From NCBI GenBank assembly GCA_045660965.1, contig JAZRES010000004.1:6396-70395 (forward strand): a stretch of DNA of 64,000 nucleotides, read 5' to 3'. Source of the DNA: Acutalibacteraceae bacterium (lineage in GTDB: Bacteria > Bacillota > Clostridia > Oscillospirales > Acutalibacteraceae). Shown piece after piece: positions 1 through 7,944 of this stretch. The notes beneath the pieces were generated by a model. It was not told the origin of the DNA. It was given only the letters and a program-made list of their open reading frames with translations, and made no database searches. The number at the start of each line of letters is the position of its first letter. Position 1 is the stretch's first letter. Both the position numbers and the translations under genes were made by a program.

Positions 1-62
1 AGTTCGTCTTGGGACAGACCGTGCTGGGTGCGTAGGGGCAACAGAATATCTTTCGTTTGCAT
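1..62 (-). CDS. 5' end of an XRE-type helix-turn-helix regulator (partial, runs off the window start)
   Basis: Reverse complement reads GAGGTG-N6-ATG, then MQTKDILLPLRTQHGLSQDEL. The 'GLSQ.EL' stretch is typical of the first helix of XRE/Cro HTH domains. Only ~20 codons are visible. Confidence 0.35.
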   Translation of the reverse strand, partial: MQTKDILLPLRTQHGLSQDE

Positions 63-147
63 TTCAATCACCTCTAGGGTATTGTACCACGCGCCCATCC
101 CCGAGACAAGCAACCGCTTGTTTCCTCTTGCATAATTGCGGTAGATA

Positions 148-381
148 TTGTATACTCTAATTGAAAGGTTGGTGATACCCATGGCGGTACGACTGAATGA
201 GAATAAAGAGATTGTGGATCGCATTAAGGCGGGACTAAAAGCCAAGGACGGCTACTGTCCCTGTCGTTTACCCAAGACCGAGGAGTTCAAGTGCATCTGC
301 AAAGAGTTCCGTGAGCAGATTGCCGACCCCAACTTTGAGGGGTATTGCCACTGTCTGCTGTATTATAAGAGTAAAGATTGA
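148..381 (+). CDS. Ferredoxin:thioredoxin reductase catalytic-subunit-like small Cys-rich protein
   Basis: The ORF has CPC...CIC...CHC cysteine spacing (CPCRLPKTEEFKCICKEF...GYCHC) like the FTR catalytic chain. It lies directly upstream of thioredoxin. The true start may be the internal ATG at 181. Confidence 0.6.
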   Translation: MYTLIERLVIPMAVRLNENKEIVDRIKAGLKAKDGYCPCRLPKTEEFKCICKEFREQIADPNFEGYCHCLLYYKSKD

Positions 382-393
382 GGAGGTATTCGT

Positions 394-705
394 ATGTCTG
401 TTTTGCACATTACCGAAGAGAATTTTGAAACCGAGATCCTAAAAGCGGAAAAGCCGGTGCTGATTGATTTCTGGGCCACCTGGTGTGGACCTTGTATGAT
501 GATGGCTCCCATCCTGGAGGAGTATGCCGAAGCCCACCCCGAGTACATCGTGGGCAAGGTGGACGTGGACGAGCAGGGTGCCTTGGCAGCCGCCTTCCAG
601 ATTCAGAGCATCCCCACTCTGGTGGTGATTAAGGCCAGCAAGGCCACCGCTATGGCGGTAGGCGTCCAAACTCCTGAGCAATTGGACGCTTTGATGGCGC
701 AATAA
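394..705 (+). CDS. trxA: Thioredoxin
   Basis: 103 aa with the canonical WCGPC active site and a GAGGAGG RBS 7 nt upstream. Confidence 0.92.
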   Translation: MSVLHITEENFETEILKAEKPVLIDFWATWCGPCMMMAPILEEYAEAHPEYIVGKVDVDEQGALAAAFQIQSIPTLVVIKASKATAMAVGVQTPEQLDALMAQ

Positions 706-726
706 CGCTGTAAAGCGAATCGGCTT

Positions 727-762
727 CACACCCATTGGCGGTATCGCCGATGGGTGTTTTTC
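727..762 (+). terminator. Rho-independent terminator after trxA
   Basis: Hairpin cacccattggcg-gtat-cgccgatgggtg followed by TTTTT. Confidence 0.6.
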
Positions 763-813
763 TATGCTCCGAAACTCCTCGTAAACCCCACAACCGTGCG
801 GTTTGTCGGTTTC

Positions 814-820
814 TGTCGAA
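814..820 (+). promoter_or_regulatory. Consensus Spo0A box (TGTCGAA) upstream of spo0A
   Basis: Exact TGTCGAA heptamer ~100 bp upstream of the spo0A ATG. A single 7-mer could occur by chance. Confidence 0.35.
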
Positions 821-849
821 TGAAAATGCCATTTTTTGCCATTTTTGTA

Positions 850-878
850 TTGCCAAAAAATGGCATTTGTGCTAGAAT
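850..878 (+). promoter_or_regulatory. Candidate sigma-A promoter of spo0A
   Basis: TTGCCA-17 nt-TAGAAT with an extended -10 TG (tGcTAGAAT), ~40 bp upstream of the ATG at 917. Confidence 0.45.
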
Positions 879-916
879 TATCTTGCCGGCAAAAAACAAA
901 GGAGAATCGGAGAACT

Positions 917-1681
917 ATGAGCAGAAAAATCAGTGTCCTTTTAGCGGACAACAGCGAGTATTTTGCCATACCTTGCGCCAATGCCATGAAGGCGCAGGGT
1001 CTGGATGTGACGATGACGGAAAAGGACGGACGGGCGGTGCTGGACGCTTTGGAGAGTTGCCACCCGGACGTATTGTTGATGGACGTATTTCTACCTCGGC
1101 TGGATGCGCTGGGCGTGCTGGAGGGAATCCAAAAGCAAGAGATTGTACCTCGCCCACGGGTGATGATTATGTCCGGATTTGATAACCCCACCCTGGAGCG
1201 GGAGGTGATGGCCGCCGGTGCGGACTATTACTTCCTAAAACCTTTTGACGCCACGGCTATGGCCGGGCGGATTCTGTCCCTGTGGGGTGGAGATACCGAT
1301 GCCTGTGCCACCGCCGGAACAGGCAACCGCAACCTGGAGATGCAGGTCACCGAGATCATCCACCAGATTGGTGTTCCTGCCCACATCAAGGGGTATCAGT
1401 ATCTGCGGGATGCCATCCTGATGGCCATCGAGGACGGCGAGATTATCAATGCGGTCACCAAACGGCTGTATCCTGCCGTGGCAAAGCGCCACAGCACCAC
1501 CTCTTCTCGGGTGGAGCGTGCCATCCGCCACGCCATTGAGGTGGCGTGGGATCGGGGTGACGTGGACACCCTCACCGCTTATTTTGGATACACAATCCAT
1601 AATGAGCGTGGTAAGCCCACAAACTCGGAGTTTATTGCGATGATATCCGACAAATTCCGCCTACAACTGAAAATATCCTAA
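917..1681 (+). CDS. spo0A: Sporulation master regulator Spo0A (receiver domain + Spo0A C-terminal DNA-binding domain)
   Basis: The C-terminal sequence [20 protein letters not shown]...[15 protein letters not shown]...KPTNSEFIA is the Spo0A signature, and the N-terminus is a CheY-like receiver. The start is placed at [11 protein letters not shown] (GGAGAA RBS) rather than the ORF-track start at 836. Confidence 0.95.
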   Translation: MSRKISVLLADNSEYFAIPCANAMKAQGLDVTMTEKDGRAVLDALESCHPDVLLMDVFLPRLDALGVLEGIQKQEIVPRPRVMIMSGFDNPTLEREVMAAGADYYFLKPFDATAMAGRILSLWGGDTDACATAGTGNRNLEMQVTEIIHQIGVPAHIKGYQYLRDAILMAIEDGEIINAVTKRLYPAVAKRHSTTSSRVERAIRHAIEVAWDRGDVDTLTAYFGYTIHNERGKPTNSEFIAMISDKFRLQLKIS

Positions 1682-1829
1682 CCCTTGGTAATTTCTACCA
1701 GTAAATTGGCATAATTTTCTCCCTAAACCAATAAAATAAGTTGTCCGCTACGGTTGACAAACCCTTGGTTTGTCGGTAAAATTAAGTTATTATGCGGAAA
1801 TGGTCGCAAAATGGGGGGAATAGCAGGAT

Positions 1830-2432
1830 ATGAAACACAGAGTCATTGCCATCAGCCGGGAATACGCCAGTGCCGGAAGTGAAATCGGAAAGCGTTTGGC
1901 GGCCGAATTGGGCATTCCGTTCTACGATCGTGAATTTGTGGACCAAGAGGTCAAGAACAGCGGTCTGTCCAATGAGTTTGTCCAGCAGGAGGAGCAGAAG
2001 TTCATCAGCAGTTTGCTGTTTAATCTGTCCACCGGCGGTTATCACTATGCCAATGACCGGTCTATGTCCGACCAGATTCATATCGCAGAGTGCAACGCCA
2101 TTAAAAAGGTGGCTGCCCAGGGTCCTTGCGTGATTGTGGGTCGTTGCGCCGATTACATACTGCGTGACGAGGTCGAGGTGTTCAGCGTGTTTGTTTGCGC
2201 CGATATGCCCTCTCGCGTCCGTCGTTGCATCGAGGAATACGGCAAGGAAGAGCGTCGTATCGAGCAGTACATTCGAGAAAAGGATCGTACCCGTGCCCGC
2301 CATTATGAGTATTATACCGACCGCAATTGGGGTGACCGCAAGAATTATCATCTGTGTGTCAACTCCGGTCGCTTGGGCATTGAAAAGGCGGTACAGCTGA
2401 TTCGTCAGGCTGTAGAACTGACCGAGGAATAA
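1830..2432 (+). CDS. Cytidylate-kinase-like family protein
   Basis: The N-terminus VIAISREYASAGSEIGKRLAAELGIPFYDRE resembles the clostridial 'cytidylate kinase-like' family with a degenerate P-loop. Confidence 0.65.
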   Translation: MKHRVIAISREYASAGSEIGKRLAAELGIPFYDREFVDQEVKNSGLSNEFVQQEEQKFISSLLFNLSTGGYHYANDRSMSDQIHIAECNAIKKVAAQGPCVIVGRCADYILRDEVEVFSVFVCADMPSRVRRCIEEYGKEERRIEQYIREKDRTRARHYEYYTDRNWGDRKNYHLCVNSGRLGIEKAVQLIRQAVELTEE

Positions 2433-2448
2433 AGGAAGGATTACAAGG

Positions 2449-2739
2449 ATGGGTAACAATAGACACGGCAATCATCACAGAGCACCCCGGGAGCGGGAGA
2501 TGTACGTATACGGCGAGCACGACATCGGCAACCGCCACTATCGGTTTAAATACGATGGTCGGGTATACCACATCACCGAGCAGGTGATGATCCCGGAGCA
2601 GGAGACCGAGGAGAAGGTGCTGCTGGAAGAGGTAGAGAGCCGTCCCGCCTACGAGGCCTGGAACCACATCAAGCGTCCTGAGCGTTTCGGTGGCATTGTG
2701 GTGCTCCCGGACCCCGATGCGGTAGAAGAGGACGAATAA
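2449..2739 (+). CDS. Small hypothetical protein (acidic C-terminus)
   Basis: 96-aa ORF 17 nt after the preceding gene, with an AAGGAAGGA RBS region, followed by a strong terminator. No recognisable motif. Confidence 0.45.
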   Translation: MGNNRHGNHHRAPREREMYVYGEHDIGNRHYRFKYDGRVYHITEQVMIPEQETEEKVLLEEVESRPAYEAWNHIKRPERFGGIVVLPDPDAVEEDE

Positions 2740-2756
2740 TCCATAACGTAAAAAGT

Positions 2757-2787
2757 AAAACAGGTGTCTGCGGACACCTGTTTTTTT
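2757..2787 (+). terminator. Rho-independent terminator
   Basis: aaaacaggtgtc-tgcg-gacacctgttttttt, a perfect stem plus T-tract. Confidence 0.8.
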
Positions 2788-2912
2788 GTTGCCTTTTGCA
2801 AGGGCGATTACTTGTGTTGCCCACTCCACCCACCGGCTCAATTTTCTCCTTGCACTTTCGACAAAAAAGAGGTACAATAAAAGGTACGAACAAAAAGAGA
2901 GGCGGACGCTGT

Positions 2913-4301
2913 ATGCTGCTGCAAAAGAATCAACTAATTGAATTGACCGTCACCGGTGTCACCGGCGAGGGAAACGGCGTAGCTCGGTACGTGGCGGAGG
3001 AATACCCCGCACCGGGCTTTGTGGTATTTATCCCCGGTACCGCTCTGGGTGACCGGCTGATTTGCCGTATCCTCAAGGTGCAGAAAAACCACGCTTTTGG
3101 TAAATTGGAAGAACTGCTGGAGGCTTCTCCCGACCGTAAGAACCACGTGGATTGCCCGGCCTATGGCAAGTGTGGCGGTTGCAATTGGCGTCACGTAACC
3201 TATGAGGCCGAGTGCCGGTATAAGCAGGACTGGGTACAGGATACCATCCGCCGTGTGGGTGGCATCGATGCTCCGGTATTGCCCCTGATGGGCGGTACCC
3301 GTTCCAACCGCTACCGCAATAAGGCTCAGTTCCCGGTGGCACCCGGCCCGGACGGACGTCCTGTCATCGGTTTCTATGCGCCTCGCAGCCACCGCATTAT
3401 CCCTTGCCGGGATTGCCGTCTGCAGCCCAAGGGGTATGCCGCCGTGCTGGATGCGGTGGAGAAGTGGATGGTGGATTGCGACGTACCCGCCTACGACGAG
3501 GTAGCCCACACCGGTTTGGTGCGCCACATTTACATACGTCAGGCCGCCGTTACCGGTGAGATGATGGTGTGCATCGTCTGTACCGCCCGTAAATTGCCGG
3601 ATGAGGAGACCTTGGTGTCTCTGCTGATTGAGGCAGCACCCCAGATGGTATCCCTGTCGGTGAACATCAACCCGGATAAAACCAATGTGATTTTGGGCAA
3701 GCGCACCGTCACCCTGTGGGGTGCGGATTCCATCGTGGATCGTCTGTGCGGTCTGCATTTTCGCCTATCGCCCCACTCTTTCTATCAGGTCAACCACGCC
3801 CAGACCGAGCGTCTGTATCGCCTGGCGGCTAAGGCTGCCGCACTGACCGGTAAGGAGACTCTGCTGGATCTGTATTGCGGCACCGGCACCATCGGTCTGT
3901 CTATGGCCCATACCGCCGGTTGCGTCATCGGCGTAGAGGTGGTAGAGGCCGCCGTCCGTGACGCTAAGAAGAATGCCACCGCCAACCGTGTGCGCAATGC
4001 TCGGTTTATCTGTGCCGATGCGGCGCAGGCGGCCGTACAGCTGGCGGCAGAGGGCACCCATCCGGACGTGGTGATTTTGGATCCTCCCCGCAAGGGTTGT
4101 TCTCCCGATTTGATCGATACCGTGGCCGGTATGGCGCCGGAGCGGGTGGTGTACGTGTCTTGCGACCCGGCCACCTTGGCACGGGATTTGAAATTATTTG
4201 CAGAAAAAGGCTATCAGACTCAGTGGGTACAGCCGGTGGATCTATTCCCCCGCACCGCCCATTGTGAGAACGTGGCCAGCTTGGTGAAAGAAAGCAATTG
4301 A
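2913..4301 (+). CDS. 23S rRNA (uracil-C5)-methyltransferase, RumA/RlmD type with N-terminal TRAM domain
   Basis: TRAM-like N-terminus, Fe-S Cys motif CPAYGKCGGCNW, SAM motif LLDLYCGTGTIGL, and catalytic DPPRKG and SCDPATLARD motifs. The start is moved to MLLQKNQ because a terminator lies inside the longer ORF-track version. Confidence 0.85.
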   Translation: MLLQKNQLIELTVTGVTGEGNGVARYVAEEYPAPGFVVFIPGTALGDRLICRILKVQKNHAFGKLEELLEASPDRKNHVDCPAYGKCGGCNWRHVTYEAECRYKQDWVQDTIRRVGGIDAPVLPLMGGTRSNRYRNKAQFPVAPGPDGRPVIGFYAPRSHRIIPCRDCRLQPKGYAAVLDAVEKWMVDCDVPAYDEVAHTGLVRHIYIRQAAVTGEMMVCIVCTARKLPDEETLVSLLIEAAPQMVSLSVNINPDKTNVILGKRTVTLWGADSIVDRLCGLHFRLSPHSFYQVNHAQTERLYRLAAKAAALTGKETLLDLYCGTGTIGLSMAHTAGCVIGVEVVEAAVRDAKKNATANRVRNARFICADAAQAAVQLAAEGTHPDVVILDPPRKGCSPDLIDTVAGMAPERVVYVSCDPATLARDLKLFAEKGYQTQWVQPVDLFPRTAHCENVASLVKESN

Positions 4302-4308
4302 GGAACGT

Positions 4309-5457
4309 ATGAGTAAATTACAGATCAAATGCCCCCACGGCAAAAAGTGCGGTGGCTGTCAACTATTGAATATGACCTACGAGCGTCAGCTCAGTTTTAA
4401 ACAGGTTAAGGTGATCAAACTGCTGGGCAAATACCGCCACGTGGACGAGATCATCGGTATGAAAACGCCCTATCACTACCGCAACAAGGTGCAGGCGGCT
4501 TTTGGTGAACGGGGTAAGGATATTATCTCCGGTATCTACCAGTCCTCCACCCACAAGATTGTGCCGGTGGACAGTTGCCTGATTGAGGACGAAAAGGCGG
4601 ACGAGATTATCGTCACCATTCGCAAACTGGTGAAGAGTTTTAAACTGCGCGCCTTTAACGACGTAGCGATGAAGGGTTTTCTGCGCCACGTACTGATTAA
4701 AAGAGGATTCTCCAGCGGTCAGATTATGGTGGTGCTGGTTACCGGCACCATGGAGTTCCCCAAGCAGGACTCCTTTGTGAACGCCCTGCTTTCTCGTCAC
4801 CCGGAGATTACCACCATCGTGCAGAATGTGAATAACAAGCGCACCAGCCTATTGTTGGGTCAGGAGAGCCGTGTGCTGTTTGGTGATGGGTATATCGAAG
4901 AGGATTTGTGCGGATTCCGTTTCCGCATTTCGCCTAAGGCGTTTTATCAGATTAACCCCACCCAAACCGAGATTCTGTACAACAAGGCGCTGGATTTTGC
5001 TGAGTTGACCGGTAAAGAGACGGTGCTGGATGCCTATTGCGGTACCGGCACCATCGGTATCATCGCCTCACCCAAAGCCAAAAAGGTGGTGGGCGTAGAG
5101 GTGAATGCCGATGCCGTCAAGGACGCCAAGGTGAATGCCGAACTGAATAAGGTGGATAACATCACCTTCTATGAGGACGATGCCGGCCGCTTTATGGTGA
5201 AAGAGGCGCAGAAAGGCGCAAAATACGACGTGGTGATTATGGACCCGCCCCGTGCCGGCGCCAGTTTAGAGTTCCTCAAGTGCCTGGTGACCCTCGCACC
5301 CAAAAAGGTGGTTTATATTTCTTGTAACCCCGAGACCCAGGCTCGTGACCTGGCGCATTTGGTGAAGAACGGCTATCGGGTGAAAAAGATTCAGCCGGTG
5401 GATATGTTCCCCCACACCGAACACGTAGAATGCGTGGTCAGTTTGGTGCGCAAATAA
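4309..5457 (+). CDS. Second RumA/TrmA-family RNA (uracil-C5)-methyltransferase paralog, no TRAM domain
   Basis: CPHGKKCGGCQL Cys motif, VLDAYCGTGTIGI, DPPRAG, SCNPETQARD. Starts 8 nt after the previous gene. Confidence 0.85.
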   Translation: MSKLQIKCPHGKKCGGCQLLNMTYERQLSFKQVKVIKLLGKYRHVDEIIGMKTPYHYRNKVQAAFGERGKDIISGIYQSSTHKIVPVDSCLIEDEKADEIIVTIRKLVKSFKLRAFNDVAMKGFLRHVLIKRGFSSGQIMVVLVTGTMEFPKQDSFVNALLSRHPEITTIVQNVNNKRTSLLLGQESRVLFGDGYIEEDLCGFRFRISPKAFYQINPTQTEILYNKALDFAELTGKETVLDAYCGTGTIGIIASPKAKKVVGVEVNADAVKDAKVNAELNKVDNITFYEDDAGRFMVKEAQKGAKYDVVIMDPPRAGASLEFLKCLVTLAPKKVVYISCNPETQARDLAHLVKNGYRVKKIQPVDMFPHTEHVECVVSLVRK

Positions 5458-5502
5458 TTTCACGAAACAACACATACTATTCAAGCAAAGGAGGTGTTCC
5501 TA

Positions 5503-6887
5503 TGGAGCGCAACGACAAATACGTTGAGATGACCACCGCTCCGGTGGGTCGTCTTATCGGCAAGTTGGCGGTGCCCACCGTCATCACGATGCTGATCACC
5601 TCCATCTACAATATGGCGGACACCTTCTTTGTGGGTTTGCTGGACAATACCAGTGCCACCGGTGCGGTGGGCGTGGTGTTTTCCTTTATGGCGATTATCC
5701 AGGCCTGCGGCTTCCTATTTGGTCAGGGTTCCGGCAACTACATTTCCCGTATGCTGGGTCGCCAGGAGCGGGAAAAGGCGGAGAATATGGCCGCTGTGGC
5801 CTTTTATTCATCCATTGCGACGGGTCTGCTGATTATGACCCTGGGTCTGATTTTTCTAGATCCGCTGGCACGGTTGTTGGGCGCTACCGACACCATTTTG
5901 CCCTATGCCCGGGATTATCTGCGGATTATTCTGCTGGGTGCACCCTATATGACCGCTGCCCTGACCCTCAATAACCAGTTGCGGTTCCAGGGTGCGGCTT
6001 TTTACAGTATGATCGGTATCGGTTCCGGCGGTGTGCTGAATATCCTGCTGGATCCGGTATTTATCTTCGGCTTGGATATGGGCGTCACCGGCGCGGCGGT
6101 GGCCACGATTATCAGCCAGGCAATCAGTTTCTTACTGCTTTTGTTCGGCACGTTCCAAAAGGATAATCTGCGTGTATCTCTGCGGAATTTCCGTCCTCGA
6201 TTGGCGGATTTTGCCGAGATGTTGCGGGGTGGTTTTCCGTCCTTGTGCCGACAGGGTCTGTCCAGCCTGTCCACCATTATGATGAATCTGGTGGCGGGTC
6301 ACTTTGGGGGTGACGCCGCCATTGCAGCTATGTCCATTGCCGGTCGTGTGATGCATATGGCCTTTGCGGCGATTCTTGGCTTCGGTCAGGGATTTCAGCC
6401 GGTGTGCGGCTTCAATTACGGCGCCGGTTTGTATAACCGGGTCAAACAGGCTTTTTGGTTCTGTGTTCGTCTGGGCACGGTGCTGCTCTCTGTGGCCTCG
6501 GTGGCCGGTTTTATCTTTGCGCCCCAGTTGGTGCGGCTGTTCAGTAGCGACCCGGCGGTGCTGGAATACGGTCGTGTGGCACTGCGGTGCCAGTGCGTCA
6601 GTTTCCCGTTGACCGCTTGGTTTGTGATGTGCACGATGTTGACCCAGACCATTGGTCGGGTGGTGCCGGCCAGTTTTCTATCTCTGGCACGACAGGGTCT
6701 ATTTTTCATCCCGCTGGTGGTGGGTTTGCCCACGCTGATTGCGTATTTCTTGCCGGACGTAGGCCCCATTTTCGGCGTCCAGATTGCCCAGCCGTTGTCG
6801 GACCTTTTGACGGCGGTGGTATCGGTGCCGGTGTGCATTACGGTGATGAAACGATATTTAATTGAAAAGACCGAAAAAAACTCTTGA
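5503..6887 (+). CDS. MATE family efflux transporter
   Basis: ~12 TM protein with the MATE N-terminal signature (PVGRLIGKLAVPTVITMLITSIYNMADTFFVG). The start is set at MERNDKY, after a GGAGG RBS. Confidence 0.85.
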
Positions 6888-6911
6888 CAAAGGCAAAAAA
6901 TGTGGTAGAAT
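6884..6911 (+). promoter_or_regulatory. Near-consensus sigma-A promoter for the tRNA pair
   Basis: TTGACA-16 nt-TAGAAT with an extended -10 TG. The -35 box contains the MATE stop codon (TGA, 6885-6887). It lies ~30 bp upstream of the first tRNA. Confidence 0.55.
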
Positions 6912-6940
6912 ATGTGAGTGACTTGAAAAGTCCGTCCTAT

Positions 6941-7017
6941 GGGCCTTTAACTCAGTTGGTTAGAGTAGCCGGCTCATAACCGGTCAGTCCCGGGTTCAAG
7001 TCCCTGAAGGCCCACCA
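6941..7017 (+). tRNA. tRNA with CAT anticodon (elongator Met or lysidine-modified Ile2), CCA encoded
   Basis: Manual cloverleaf: acceptor GGGCCTT/AAGGCCC, D-arm ACTC..GAGT, anticodon stem GCCGG/CCGGT with loop CTCATAA, T-loop TTCAAGT, 3' ACCA. The GGGCC...GGCCCA acceptor looks Ile-like. Confidence 0.9.
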
Positions 7018-7081
7018 GCGTTCAACCGGTCCCTGTGGCCTGTTTCACATAGCGGCCCGCTTTTGCGGTGCTCGCCCATAT

Positions 7082-7157
7082 AGGGGTATAGCTCAGTTGG
7101 TAGAGCAGCGGTCTCCAAAACCGCGTGTCGTGAGTTCGAATCTTACTGCCCCTGCCA
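7082..7157 (+). tRNA. tRNA-Trp (CCA anticodon), CCA encoded
   Basis: AGGGGTA acceptor, GCTC/GAGC D-stem, anticodon loop CTCCAAA, T-loop TTCGAAT, 3' GCCA. Confidence 0.92.
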
Positions 7158-7196
7158 AACAAAAAAGCCGTCCAAAAGGACGGCTTTTTTGTTTGG
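7155..7196 (+). terminator. Rho-independent terminator after the tRNA operon
   Basis: ccaaacaaaaaagccgtcc-aaaa-ggacggcttttttgtttgg, a long perfect palindrome with T-tract. Confidence 0.85.
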
Positions 7197-7367
7197 CAGA
7201 AGGAGAAAGCAGTCACTCCGCCACGCCGAAATGTGCCACAGGCACATTTCTCAAGGAGTTGCGCTAGCACAAACTACGATAAGCACAAGCCGCAAAACGA
7301 TTATCGCTCCATCGTAGAAGCGATTATGAGAGAGTACGGACAGAAATGATGAGACGATGGGTGGATT

Positions 7368-7901
7368 ATGACTCATAAGAAAGTGGGAGAGGTACCTCTC
7401 CCGACCAAAAAACAGGTTGAAACAGAGCGAAAACGGTATCGCCGTCAAAAAGCCTATAACAAGGCGCTGAGCGGAACGGTTTACGTGCTGACCATTGTGG
7501 CGGCCGTGGCGGTTCTGGTGGCCACGTTGATATTGCCCGTTCTTCAAATCGAAGGCACCAGTATGGAGCCGTCTCTGTCGAATGGCGATATTGTGTTGCT
7601 GGCAAAGACCACACGTTTTAGCCCTGGTGACCTTTGCGGATTCACCTGGAACAACAAATTATTGGTCAAGCGGGTTATCGGCACTCCGGGCGATTGGATT
7701 GAGATCGACACCGATGGCAACGTATACCGCAACGGCGAAAAACTAGAAGAGCCCTACGTTCAGGTGCACGCTTTGGGGGAATGCGATTTGGAATTCCCCT
7801 TCCAAGTGCCACAGGAACAGTATTTTGTAATGGGAGATATGCGAGAGAGTTCCTTTTTGTGTTACCCGTCTTGCAAATGGGCGGGATTTGTGGTATACTA
7901 A
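7368..7901 (+). CDS. lepB: Signal peptidase I (S26), C-terminal region atypical or short
   Basis: N-terminal TM, then EGTSMEPSL (Ser box), LLVKRVIG (Lys box) and YFVMGDMRESS. The expected GDNR..S.DSR box and tail are divergent or truncated. Confidence 0.8.
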   Translation: MTHKKVGEVPLPTKKQVETERKRYRRQKAYNKALSGTVYVLTIVAAVAVLVATLILPVLQIEGTSMEPSLSNGDIVLLAKTTRFSPGDLCGFTWNNKLLVKRVIGTPGDWIEIDTDGNVYRNGEKLEEPYVQVHALGECDLEFPFQVPQEQYFVMGDMRESSFLCYPSCKWAGFVVY

Positions 7902-7944
7902 CAGACAATGGATTTCACATCATTTCCAGAAAGAGGTGGCTTTT

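Noticed and set aside
836-916. N-terminal extensions in the ORF track: spo0A from 836, methyltransferase from 2796, MATE from 5430, GH-A from 10162, WG lipoprotein from 14809, LytTR from 16327, GH2 from 18302, GH-A from 34636, Lgt-like from 38655, AraC-1 to 49631.
   Set aside because: Internal ATGs preceded by GGAGG-type RBSs give proteins that start at the expected family N-terminus or signal peptide. Several extensions run through terminators or promoters (for example the terminator at 2757-2787).
7022-7270. Small ORFs overlapping the tRNA genes and terminator (7022-7270, 7251-7547, 7366-7614 on the minus strand).
   Set aside because: They overlap well-folded tRNAs and the signal peptidase gene on the opposite strand and have no RBS or motif.
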